Source: the human T2T-CHM13v2.0 reference genome, Homo sapiens | Reading direction: 5' to 3' (one strand) | Length of the DNA: 64,000 nucleotides | Assembly: GCF_009914755.1 (NCBI RefSeq) | Contig: NC_060935.1 | Part shown: positions 26,801 through 39,960 of the stretch, piece by piece | Numbering within the stretch: position 1 is the first letter of the stretch | Layout: every line of letters starts with the position of its first letter | Program-made: the position numbers and the translations under genes | Notes under the pieces: model-generated | Told to the model about the DNA's origin: nothing | The model's database searches: none | The model's input: the letters and a program-made list of their open reading frames with translations, nothing else

Positions 26801-28740
26801 TGGATATGTGGACCTCTGTGAAGATTTCGTTGGAAACGGGTTAATCTTCACAGAAAAACTAAACAGAAGCATTCTCAGAAACTGCTTTGTGATGTTTGTG
26901 TTCCACTTCAGGAATTGAACTTTCCTCTTAAAAGAGCAGCTCTGAAACCCTCTTTTTCTAGAATCTGCAAGTGGACATTTGGAGGGCTTTGAGGCCTGTG
27001 GTGGAAAAGGAAAATCTTCACATAAAAACTAGATGGAAGCATTCTCAGAAACTACTTTGTGATGATTGCATTCGACTCACAGAGTTGAACATTCCTATAG
27101 ATAGAGCAGGTTGTAAACAATCTTTTTGTAGAATCTGCGATTGGAGATTTGGACTGCTTTGAGTCCTACTGTAGTAAAGGGAATAACTTCATCTAAAAAC
27201 CAAACGGAAGCATTCACAGACAATTCTTAGTGATCATTGCATTAAACTAACAGAGCTGAACATTCCTTTAGATGGCGCAGTTTCCAAACCCACTTTCTGT
27301 AGAATCTGCAAGTGGATATTTGGACCTCTCTGAGGATTTCGTTGGAAACGGGATAAACTTCCCAGAACTACACGGAAGCATTGTGAGAAACTTCTTTGTG
27401 ATGTTTGCATTCAACTCACAGAGCTGAACCTTGCTTTCATAGTTCACCTTTCAAACACTCTTTTTGTAGAATCTGCAAGTGGATATTTGGACCACTTTGT
27501 GGCCTTCCTTCGAAACGGGTATATCTTCACATCAAACCTAGACAGAAGCATTCTCAGAATGTTTCCTGTGATGACTGCATTCAACTCACAGAGGTGAACA
27601 ATCCTGCTGATGGAGCAGTTTTGAAACTCTCTTTCTTTGGATTCTGCAAGTGGATATGTGGACCTCTGTGAAGATTTCGTTGGAAACGGGTTCATCTTCA
27701 CAGAAAAACTAAACAGGAGCATTCTCAGAAACTGCTTTGTGATGTTTGTGTTCCACTTCAAGAATTGAACTTTCCTCTTGACAGAGCAGCTCTGAAACCC
27801 TCTTTTTCTAGAATCTGCAAGTGGACATTTGGAGGGCTTTGAGGCCTGTGGTGGAAAAGGAAAATCTTCACATAAAAACTTTATGGAAGACTTCTCAGAA
27901 ACTACTTTGTGATGATTGCATTCGACTCACAGAGTTGAACATTCCTATAGATAGAGCAGGTTGTAAACAATCTTTTTGTAGAATCTGCGATTGGAGATTT
28001 GGACTGCTTTGAGGCCTACTGTAGTAAAGGAAATAACTTCATCTAAAAACCAAACGGAAGCATTCACAGACAATTCTTAGTGATCATTGCATTGAACTAA
28101 CAGAGCTGAACATTCCTTTAGATGGAGCAGTTTCCAAACCCACTTTCTGTAGAATCTGCAAGTGGATATTTGGACTTCTCTGAGGATTTCGTTGGAAACG
28201 GGATAAACTTCCCAGAACTACACGGAAGCATTGTGAGAAACTTCTTTGTGATGTTTGCATTCAACTCACAGAGTTGAAACTTGCTTTCATAGTTCAGCTT
28301 TCAAACACTCTTTTTGTAGAATCTGCAAGTGGATATTTGGACCACTTTGTGGCCTTCCTTCGAAAAGGGTATATCTTCACATCAAACCTAGACAGAAGCA
28401 TTCTCAGAATGTTTCCTGTGATGACTGCATTCAACTCACAGAGGTGAACAATCCTGCTGATGGAGCAGTTTTGAAACTCTCTTTCTTTGGATTCTACAAG
28501 TGGATATGTGGACCTCTGTGAAGATTGCGTTGGAAACGGGTTCATCTTCACAGAAAAACTAAACAGAAGCATTCTCAGAAACTGCTTTGTGATGTTTGTG
28601 TTCCACTTCAGGAATTGAACTTTCCTCTTGACAGAGCAGCTCTGAAACCCTCTTATTCTAGAATCTGCAAGTGGACATTTGGAGGGCTTTGAGGCCTGTG
28701 GTGGAAATGGAAAATCTTCACATAAAAACTAGATGGAAGC
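13440..28740 (+). repeat. 9-HOR (7650 bp) tandem duplication
   Basis: Private variants pair at exactly 7650 bp: 13568/21218, 18529/26179, 19193/26843. Ends are approximate. Confidence 0.88.
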
Positions 28741-29459
28741 ATTCTCAGAAACTACTTTGTGATGATGGCTTTCGACTCACAGAGTTGAACATTCCTATAG
28801 ATAGAGCAGGTTGTAAACAATCTTTTTGTAGAATCTGCGATTGGAGATTTGGACTGCTTTGAGGCCTACTGTAGTAAAGGAAATAACTTCATCTAAAAAC
28901 CAAACGGAAGCATTCACAGACAATTCTTAGTGATCATTGGATTGAACTAACAGAGCTGAACATTCCTTTAGATGGAGCAGTTTCCAAACACACTTTCTGT
29001 AGAATCTGCAAGTGGATATTTGGACTTCTCTGAGGATTTCGTGGGAAACGGGATAAAATTCCCAGAACTACACGGAAGCATTGTGAGAAACTTCTTTGTG
29101 ATGTTTGCATTCAACTCACAGAGTTGAACCTTGCTTTCATAGTTCAGCTTTCAAACACTCTTTTTGTAGAATCTGCAAGTGGATATTTGGACCACTTTGT
29201 GGCCTTCCTTCGAAACGGGTGTATCTTCACATCAAACCTAGACAGAAGCATTCTCAGAATGTTTCCTGTGATGACTGCATTCAACTCACAGAGGTGAACA
29301 ATCCTGCTGATGGAGCAGTTTTGAAACTCTCTTTCTTTGGATTCTGCAAGTGGATATGTGGACCTCTGTGAAGATTTCGTTGGAAACGGGTTCATCTTCA
29401 CAGAAAAACTAAACAGGAGCATTCTCAGAAAGTGCTTTGTGATGTTTGTGTTCCACTTC

Positions 29460-32400
29460 AGGAATTGAACTTTCCTCTTGACAGAGCTGCTCTGAAACCC
29501 TCTTTTTCTAGAATCTGCAAGTGGACATTTGGAGGGTTTTGAGGCCTGTGGTGGAAAAGGAAAATCTTCACATAAAAACTAGATGGAAGCATTCTCAGAA
29601 ACTACTTTGTGATGATTGCATTCGACTCACAGAGTTGAACATTCCTATAGATAGAGCAGGTTATAAACAATCTTTTTGTAGGATCTGCGATTGGAGATTT
29701 GGACTGCTTTGAGGCCTACTGTGGTAAAGGAAATAACTTCATCTAAAAACCAAACGGAAGCATTCACAGACAATTCTTAGTCATCATTGCATTGAACTAA
29801 CAGAGCTGAACATTCCTTTAGATGGCGCAGTTTCCAAACACACTTTCTGTAGAATCTGCAAGTGGATATTTGGACCTCTCTGAGGATTTCGTTGGAAACG
29901 GGATAAACTTCCCAGAACTACACGGAAGCATTGTGAGAAACTTCCTTGTGATGTTTGCATTCAACTCACAGAGTTGAACCTTGCTTTCATAGTTCAGCTT
30001 TCAAACACTCTTTTTGTAGAATCTGCAAGTGGATATTTGGACCACTTTGTGGCCTTCCTTCTAAACGGGTATATCTTCACATCAAACCTAGACAGAAGCA
30101 TTCTCAGAATGTTTCCTGTGATGACTGCATTCAACTCACAGAGGTGAACAATCCTGCTGATGGAGCAGTTTTGAAACTCTCTTTCTTTGGATTCTGCAAG
30201 TGGATATGTGGACCTCTGTGAAGATTTCGTTGGAAACGGGTTCATCTTCACAGAAAAACTAAACAGGAGCATTCTCAGAAACTGCTTTGTGATGTTTGTG
30301 TTCCACTTCAGGAATTGAACTTTCCTCTTGACAGAGCAGCTCTGAAACCCTCTTATTCTAGAATCTGCAAGTGGACATTTGGAGGGTTTTGAGGCCTGTG
30401 GTGGAAAAGGAAAATCTTCACATAAAAACTAGATGGAAGCATTCTCAGAAACTACTTTTTGATGATTACATTCGACTCACAGAGTTGAACATTCCTATAG
30501 ATAGAGCAGGTTGTAAACAATCTTTTTGTAGAATCTGCGATTGGAGATTTGGACTGCTTTGAGGCCTACTGTAGTAAAGGAAATAACTTCATCTAAAAAC
30601 CAAACGGAAGCATTCACAGACAATTCTTAGTGATCATTGGATTGAACTAACAGAGCCGAACATTCCTTTAGATGGAGCAGTTTCCAAACACACTTTCTGT
30701 AGAATCTGCAAGTGGATATTTGGACTTCTCTGAGGATTTCGTTGGAAACGGGATAAACTTCCCAGAACTACACGGAAGCATTGTGAGAAACTTCTTTGTG
30801 ATGTTTGCATTCAACTCACAGAGTTGAACCTTGCTTTCATAGTTCAGCTTTCAAACACTCTTTTTGTAGAATCTGCAAGTGGATATTTGGACCACTTTGT
30901 GGCCTTCCTTCGAAACGGGTATATCTTCACATCAAACCTAGACAGCAGCATTCTCAGAATGTTTCCTGTGATGACTGCATTCAACTCACAGAGGTGAACA
31001 ATCCTGCTGATGGAGCAGTTTTGAAACTCTCTTTCTTTGGATTCTGCAAGTGGATATGTGGACCTCTGTGAAGATTTCGTTGGAAACGGGTTCATCTTCA
31101 CAGAAAAACTAAACAGAAGCATTCTCAGAAACTGCTTTGTGATGTTTGTGTTCCACTTCAGGAATTGAACTTTCCTCTTGACAGAGCAGCTCTGAAACCC
31201 TCTTATTCTAGAATCTGCAAGTGGACATTTGGAGGGCTTTGAGGCCTGTGGTGGAAAAGGAAAATCTTCCAATAAAAACTAGATGGAAGCATTCTCAGAA
31301 ACTACTTTTTGATGATTGCATTCGACTCACAGAGTTGAACATTCCTATAGATAGAGCAGGTTGTAAACAATCTTTTTGTAGAATCTGCGATTGGAGATTT
31401 GGACTGCTTTGAGGCCTACTGTAGTAAAGGAAATAACTTCATCTAAAAACCAAACGGAAGCATTCACAGACAATTCTTAGTGATCATTGGATTGAACTAA
31501 CAGAGCTGAACATTCCTTTAGATGGAGCAGTTTCCAAACCCACTTTCTGTAGAATCTGCAAGTGGATATTTGGACTTCTCTGAGGATTTCGTTGGAAACG
31601 GGATAAACTTCCCAGAACTACACGGAAGCATTGTGAGAAACTTCTTTGTGATGTTTGCATTCAACTCACAGAGTTGAACCTTGCTTTCATAGTTCAGCTT
31701 TCAAACACTCTTTTTGTAGAATCTGCAAGTGGATATTTGGACCACTTTGTGGCCTTCCTTCGAAACGGGTATATCTTCACATCAAACCTAGACAGAAGCA
31801 TTCTCAGAATGTTTCCTGTGATGACTGCATTCAACTCACAGAGGTAAGCAATCCTGTTGATGGAGCACTTTTGAAACTCTCTTTCTTTGGATTCTGCAAG
31901 TGGATATGTGGACCTCTGTGAAGATTTCGTTGGAAACGGGTTCATCTTCACAGAAAAACTAAACAGAAGCATTCTCAGAAACTGCTTTGTGATGTTTGTG
32001 TTCCACTTCAGGAATTGAACTTTCCTCTTGAAAGAGCAGCTCTGAAACCCTCTTTTTCTAGAATCTGCAAGTGGACATTTGGAGGGCTTTGAGGCCTGTG
32101 GTGGAAAAGGAAAATCTTCACATAAAAACTAGATGGAAGCATTCTCAGAAACTACTTTGTGATGATTGCATTCGACTCACAGAGTTGAACATTCCTATAG
32201 ATAGAGCAGGTTGTAAACAATCTTTTTGTAGAATCTGCGATTGGAGATTTGGACTGCTTTGAGGCCTACTGTAGTAAAGGAAATAACTTCATCTAAAAAC
32301 CAAACGGAAGCATTCACAGACAATTCTTAGTGATCATTGCATTGAACTAACAGAGCTGAACATTCCTTTAGATGGAGCAGTTTCCAAACACACTTTCTGT

Positions 32401-35400
32401 AGAATCTGCAAGTGGATATTTGGACTTCTCTGAGGATTTCGTTGGAAACGGGATAAACTTCCCAGAACTACACGGAAGCATTGTGAGAAACTTCTTTGTG
32501 ATGTTTGCATTCAACTCACAGAGTTGAACCTTGCTTTCATAGTTCAGCTTTCAAACACTCTTTTTGTAGAATCTGCAAGTGGATATTTGGACCACTTTGT
32601 GGCCTTCCTTCGAAACGGGTATATCTTCACATCAAACCTAGACAGCAGCATTCTCAGAATGTTTCCTGTGATGACTGCATTCAACTCACAGAGGTGAACA
32701 ATCCTGCTGATGGAGCAGTTTTGAAACTCTCTTTCTTTGGATTCTGCAAGTGGATATGTGGACCTCTGTGAAGATTTCGTTGGAAACGGGTTCATCTTCA
32801 CAGAAAAACTAAACAGAAGCATTCTCAGAAACTGCTTTGTGATGTTTGTGTTCCACTTCAGGAATTGAACTTTTCTCTTGACAGAGCAGCTCTGAAACCC
32901 TCTTTTTCTAGAATCTGCAAGTGGACATTTGGAGGGCTTTGAGGCCTGTGGTGGAAAAGGAAAATCTTCACATAAAAACTAGATGGAAGCATTCTCAGAA
33001 ACTACTTTGTGATGATTGCATTCGACTCACAGAGTTGAACATTCCTATAGATAGAGCAGGTTGTAAACAATCTTTTTGTAGAATCTGCGATTGGAGATTT
33101 GGACTGCTTTGAGGCCTACTGTAGTAAAGGAAATAACTTCATCTAAAAACCAAACGGAAGCATTCACAGACAATTCTTAGTGATCATTGGATTGAACTAA
33201 CAGTGCTGAACATTCCTTTAGATGGAGCAGTCTCCAAACACACTTTCTGAAGAATCTGCAAGTGGATATTTGGACTTCTCTGAGGATTTCGTTGGAAACG
33301 GGATAAACTTCCCAGAACTACACGGAAGCATTGTGAGAAACTTCTTTGTGATGTTTGCATTCAACTCACAGAGTTGAACCTTGCTTTCATAGTTCAGCTT
33401 TCAAACACTCTTTTTGTAGAATCTGCAAGTGGATATTTGGACCACTTTGTGGCCTTCCTTCGAAACGGGTATATCTTCACATCAAACCTAGACAGCAGCA
33501 TTCTCAGAATGTTTCCTGTGATGACTGCATTCAACTCACAGAGGTGAACAATCCTGCTGATGGAGCAGTTTTGAAACTCTCTTTCTTTGGATTCTGCAAG
33601 TGGATATGTGGACCTCTGTGAAGATTTCGTTGGAAACGGGTTCATCTTCACAGAAAAACTAAACAGAAGCATTCTCAGAAACTGCTTTGTGATGTTTGTG
33701 TTCCACTTCAGGAATTGAACTTTCCTCTTGACAGAGCAGCTCTGAAACCCTCTTATTCTAGAATCTGCAAGTGGACATTTGGAGGGCTTTGAGGCCTGTG
33801 GTGGAAAAGGAAAATCTTCACATAAAAACTAGATGGAAGCATTCTCAGAAACTACTTTTTCATGATTGCATTCGACTCACAGAGTTGAACATTCCTATAG
33901 ATAGAGCAGGTTGTAAACAATGTTTTTGTAGAATCTGCGATTGGAGATTTGGACTGCTTTGAGGCCTACTGTAGTAAAGGAAATAACTTCATCTAAAAAC
34001 CGAACGGAAGCATTCACAGACAATTCTTAGTGATCATTGGATTGAACTAACAGAGCTGAACATTCCTTTAGATGGAGCAGTTTCCAAACCCACTTTCTGT
34101 AGAATCTGCAAGTGGATATTTGGACTTCTCTGAGGATTTCGTTGGAAACGGGATAAACTTCCCAGAACTACACGGAAGCATTGTGAGAAACTTCTTTGTG
34201 ATGTTTGCATTCAACTCACAGAGTTGAACCTTGCTTTCATAGTTCAGCTTTCAAACACTCTTTTTGTAGAATCTGCAAGTGGATATTTGGACCACTTTGT
34301 GGCCTTCCTTCGAAACGGGTATATCTTCACATCAAACCTAGACAGAAGCATTCTCAGAATGTTTCCTGTGATGACTGCATTCAACTCACAGAGGTGAACA
34401 ATCCTGCTGATGGAGCAGTTTTGAAACTCTCTTTCTTTGGATTCTGCAAGTGGATATGTGGACCTCTGTGAAGATTTCGTTGGAAAAGGGTTCATCTTCA
34501 CAGAAAAACTAAACAGGAGCATTCTCAGAAACTGCTTTGTGATGTTTGTGTTCCACTTCTAGAATTGAACTTTCCTCTTGACAGAGCAGCTCTGAAACCC
34601 TCTTTTTCTAGAATCTGCAAGTGGACATTTGGAGGGCTTTGAGGCCTGTGGTGGAAAAGGAAAATCTTCACATAAAAACTAGATGGAAGCATTCTCAGAA
34701 ACTACTTTGTGATGATTGCATTCGACTCACAGAGTTGAACATTCCTATAGATAGAGCAGGTTGTAAACAATGTTTTTGTAGAATCTGCGATTGGAGATTT
34801 GGACTGCTTTGAGGCCTACTGTAGTAAAGGAAATAACTTCATCTAAAAACCAAACGGAAGCATTCACAGACAATTCTTAGTGATCATTGGATTGAACTAA
34901 CAGAGCTGAACATTCCTTTAGATGGAGCAGTTTCCAAACACACTTTCTGTAGAATCTGCAAGTGGATATTTGGACTTCTCTGAGGATTTCGTTGGAAACG
35001 GGATAAAATTCCCAGAACTACACGGAAACATTGTGAGAAACTTCTTTGTGATGTTTGCATTCAACTCACAGAGTTGAACCTTGCTTTCATAGTTCAGCTT
35101 TCAAACACTCTTTTTGTAGAATCTGCAAGTGGATATTTGGACCACTTTGTGGCCTTCCTTCGAAACGGGTATATCTTCACATCAAACCTAGACAGCAGCA
35201 TTCTCAGAATGTTTCCTGTGATGACTGTATTCAACCCACAGAGGTGAACAATCCTGCTGATGGAGCAGTTTTGAAACTCTCTTTCTTTGGATTCTGCAAG
35301 TGGATATGTGGACCTCTGTGAAGATTTCGTTGGAAACGGGTTCATCTTCACAGAAAAACTAAACAGAAGCATTCTCAGAAACTGCTTTGTGATGTTTGTG

Positions 35401-38400
35401 TTCCACTTCAGGAATTGAACTTTCCTCTTGACAGAGCAGCTCTGAAACCCTCTTATTCTAGAATCTGCAAGTGGACATTTGGAGGGCTTTGAGGCCTGTG
35501 GTGGAAAAGGAAAATCTTCACATAAAAACTAGACGGAAGCATTCTCAGAAACTACTTTGTGATGATTGCATTCGACTCACAGAGTTGAACATTCCTATAG
35601 ATAGAGCAGGTTGTAAACAATGTTTTTGTAGAATCTGCGATTGGAGATTTGGACTGCTTTGAGGCCTACTGTAGTAAAGGAAATAACTTCATCTAAAAAC
35701 CAAACGGAAGCATTCACAGACAATTCTTAGTGATCATTGGATTGAACTAACAGAGCTGAACATTCCTTTAGATGGAGCAGTTTCCAAACCCACTTTCTGT
35801 AGAATCTGCAAGTGGATATTTGGACTTCTCTGAGGATTTCGTTGGAAACGGGATAAACTTCCCAGAACTACACGGAAGCATTGTGAGAAACATCTTTGTG
35901 ATGTTTGCATTCAACTCACAGAGTTGAACCTTGCTTTCATAGTTCAGCTTTCAAACACTCTTTTTGTAGAATCTGCAAGTGGATATTTGGACCACTTTTT
36001 GGCCTTCCTTTGAAAAGGGTATATCTTCACCTCAAACCTAGACAGAGGCATTCTCAGAATGTTTCCTGTGATGACTGCATTCAACTCACAGAGGTGAACA
36101 ATCCTGTTGATGGAGCAGTTTTGAAACTCTCTTTCTTTGGATTCTGCAAGTGGATATGTGGACCTCTGTGAAGATTTCGTTGGAAACGGGTTCATCTTCA
36201 CAGAAAAACTAAACAGAAGCATTCTCAGAAACTGCTTTGTGATGTTTGTGTTCCACTTCAGGAATTGAACTTTCCTCTTAAAAGAGCAGCTCTGAAACCC
36301 TCTTTTTCTAGAATCTGCAAGTGGACATTTGGAGGGCTTTGAGGCCTGTGGTGGAAAAGGAAAATCTTCACATAAAAACTAGATGGAAGCATTCTCAGAA
36401 ACTACTTTGTGATGATTGCATTCGACTCACAGAGTTGAACATTCCTATAGATAGAGCAGGTTGTAAACAATCTTTTTGTAGAATCTGCGATTGGAGATTT
36501 GGACTGCTTTGAGGCCTACTGTAGTAAAGGGAATAACTTCATCTAAAAACCAAACGGAAGCATTCACAGACAATTCTTAGTGATCATTGCATTAAACTAA
36601 CAGAGCTGAACATTCCTTTAGATGGCGCAGTTTCCAAACCCACTTTCTGTAGAATCTGCAAGTGGATATTTGGACCTCTCTGAGGATTTCGTTGGAAACG
36701 GGATAAACTTCCCAGAACTACACGGAAGCATTGTGAGAAACTTCTTTGTGATGTTTGCATTCAACTCACAGAGCTGAAACTTGCTTTCATAGTTCACCTT
36801 TCAAACACTCTTTTTGTAGAATCTGCAAGTGGATATTTGGACCACTTTGTGGCCTTCCTTCGAAACGGGTATATCTTCACATCAAACCTAGACAGAAGCA
36901 TTCTCAGAATGTTTCCTGTGATGACTGCATTCAACTCACAGAGGTGAACAATCCTGCTGATGGAGCAGTTTTGAAACTCTCTTTCTTTGGATTCTGCAAG
37001 TGGATATGTGGACCTCTGTGAAGATTTCGTTGGAAACGGGTTCATCTTCACAGAAAAACTAAACAGGAGCATTCTCAGAAACTGCTTTGTGATGTTTGTG
37101 TTCCACTTCAAGAATTGAACTTTCCTCTTGACAGAGCAGCTCTGAAACCCTCTTTTTCTAGAATCTGCAAGTGGACATTTGGAGGGCTTTGAGGCCTGTG
37201 GTGGAAAAGGAAAATCTTCACATAAAAACTTTATGGAAGACTTCTCAGAAACTACTTTGTGATGATTGCATTCGACTCACAGAGTTGAACATTCCTATAG
37301 ATAGAGCAGGTTGTAAACAATCTTTTTGTAGAATCTGCGATTGGAGATTTGGACTGCTTTGAGGCCTACTGTAGTAAAGGAAATAACTTCATCTAAAAAC
37401 CAAACGGAAGCATTCACAGACAATTCTTAGTGATCATTGCATTGAACTAACAGAGCTGAACATTCCTTTAGATGGAGCAGTTTCCAAACCCACTTTCTGT
37501 AGAATCTGCAAGTGGATATTTGGACTTCTCTGAGGATTTCGTTGGAAACGGGATAAACTTCCCAGAACTACACGGAAGCATTGTGAGAAACTTCTTTGTG
37601 ATGTTTGCATTCAACTCACAGAGTTGAAACTTGCTTTCATAGTTCAGCTTTCAAACACTCTTTTTGTAGAATCTGCAAGTGGATATTTGGACCACTTTGT
37701 GGCCTTCCTTCGAAAAGGGTATATCTTCACATCAAACCTAGACAGAAGCATTCTCAGAATGTTTCCTGTGATGACTGCATTCAACTCACAGAGGTGAACA
37801 ATCCTGCTGATGGAGCAGTTTTGAAACTCTCTTTCTTTGGATTCTACAAGTGGATATGTGGACCTCTGTGAAGATTGCGTTGGAAACGGGTTCATCTTCA
37901 CAGAAAAACTAAACAGAAGCATTCTCAGAAACTGCTTTGTGATGTTTGTGTTCCACTTCAGGAATTGAACTTTCCTCTTGACAGAGCAGCTCTGAAACCC
38001 TCTTATTCTAGAATCTGCAAGTGGACATTTGGAGGGCTTTGAGGCCTGTGGTGGAAATGGAAAATCTTCACATAAAAACTAGATGGAAGCATTCTCAGAA
38101 ACTACTTTGTGATGATGGCTTTCGACTCACAGAGTTGAACATTCCTATAGATAGAGCAGGTTGTAAACAATCTTTTTGTAGAATCTGCGATTGGAGATTT
38201 GGACTGCTTTGAGGCCTACTGTAGTAAAGGAAATAACTTCATCTAAAAACCAAACGGAAGCATTCACAGACAATTCTTAGTGATCATTGGATTGAACTAA
38301 CAGAGCTGAACATTCCTTTAGATGGAGCAGTTTCCAAACACACTTTCTGTAGAATCTGCAAGTGGATATTTGGACTTCTCTGAGGATTTCGTTGGAAACG

Positions 38401-38810
38401 GGATAAAATTCCCAGAACTACACGGAAGCATTGTGAGAAACTTCTTTGTGATGTTTGCATTCAACTCACAGAGTTGAACCTTGCTTTCATAGTTCAGCTT
38501 TCAAACACTCTTTTTGTAGAATCTGCAAGTGGATATTTGGACCACTTTGTGGCCTTCCTTCGAAACGGGTATATCTTCACATCAAACCTAGACAGAAGCA
38601 TTCTCAGAATGTTTCCTGTGATGACTGCATTCAACTCACAGAGGTGAACAATCCTGCTGATGGAGCAGTTTTGAAACTCTCTTTCTTTGGATTCTGCAAG
38701 TGGATATGTGGACCTCTGTGAAGATTTCGTTGGAAACGGGTTCATCTTCACAGAAAAACTAAACAGGAGCATTCTCAGAAAGTGCTTTGTGATGTTTGTG
38801 TTCCACTTCA
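29460..38810 (+). repeat. 11-HOR (9350 bp) block, the unexpanded second copy of the segment starting near 8210
   Basis: H36-H44 repeat the variant order of H11-H19 at a 21250 bp offset (for example 8238/29488 and 13237/34487). H45-H46 match H34-H35 at 9350 bp (28527/37877). Confidence 0.85.
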
Positions 38811-39960
38811 GGAATTGAACTTTCCTCTTGACAGAGCAGCTCTGAAACCCTCTTTTTCTAGAATCTGCAAGTGGACATTTGGAGGGCTTTGAGGCCTGTG
38901 GTGGAAAAGGAAAATCTTCACATAAAAACTAGATGGAAGCATTCTCAGAAACTACTTTGTGATGATTGCATTCGACTCACAGAGTTGAACATTCCTATAC
39001 ATAGAGCAGGTTGTAAACAATCTTTTTGTAGAATCTGCGATTGGAGATTTGGACTGCTTTGAGGCCTACTGTAGTAGAGGATATAACTTCATCTAAAAAC
39101 CAAACGGAAGCATTCACAGATAATTCTTAGTGATCATTGCATTGAACTAACAGAGCTGAACATTCCTTTACATAGCGCAGTTTCCAAACACACTTTCTGT
39201 AGAATCTGCAAGTGGATATTTGGACTTCTCTGAGGATTTCGTTGGAAACGGGATAAACTTCCCAGAACTACACGGAAGCATTGTGAGAAACTTCTTTGTG
39301 ATGTTTGCATTCAACTCACAGAGTTGAACCTTGCTTTCATAGTTCAGCTTTCAAACACTCTTTTTGTAGAATCTGCAAGTGGATATTTGGACCACTTTGT
39401 GGCCTTCCTTCGAAACGGGTATATCTTCACATCAAACCTAGACAGAAGCATTCTCAGAATGTTTCCTGTGATGACTGCATTCAACTCACAGAGGTGAACA
39501 ATCCTGCTGATGGAGCAGTTTTGAAACTCTCTTTCTTTGGATTCTGCAAGTGGATATGTGGACCTCTGTGAAGATTTCGTTGGAAACGGGTTCATCTTCA
39601 CAGAAAAACTAAACAGGAGCATTCTCAGAAACTGCTTTGTGATGTTTGTGTTCCACTTCAAGAATTGAACTTTCCTCTTGACAGAGCAGCTCTGAAACCC
39701 TCTTTTTCTAGAATCTGCAAGTGGACATTTGGAGGGATTTGAGGCCTGTGGTGGAAAAGGAAAATCTTCACATAAAAACTAGATGGAAGCATTCTCAGAA
39801 ACTACTTTGTGATGATTGCATTCGACTCACAGAGTTGAACATTCCTATAGATAGAGCAGGTTGTAAACAATCTTTTTGTAGAATCTGCGATTGGAGATTT
39901 GGACTGCTTTGAGGCATACTATAGTAAAGGAAATAACTTCATCTAAAAACAAAACGGAAG

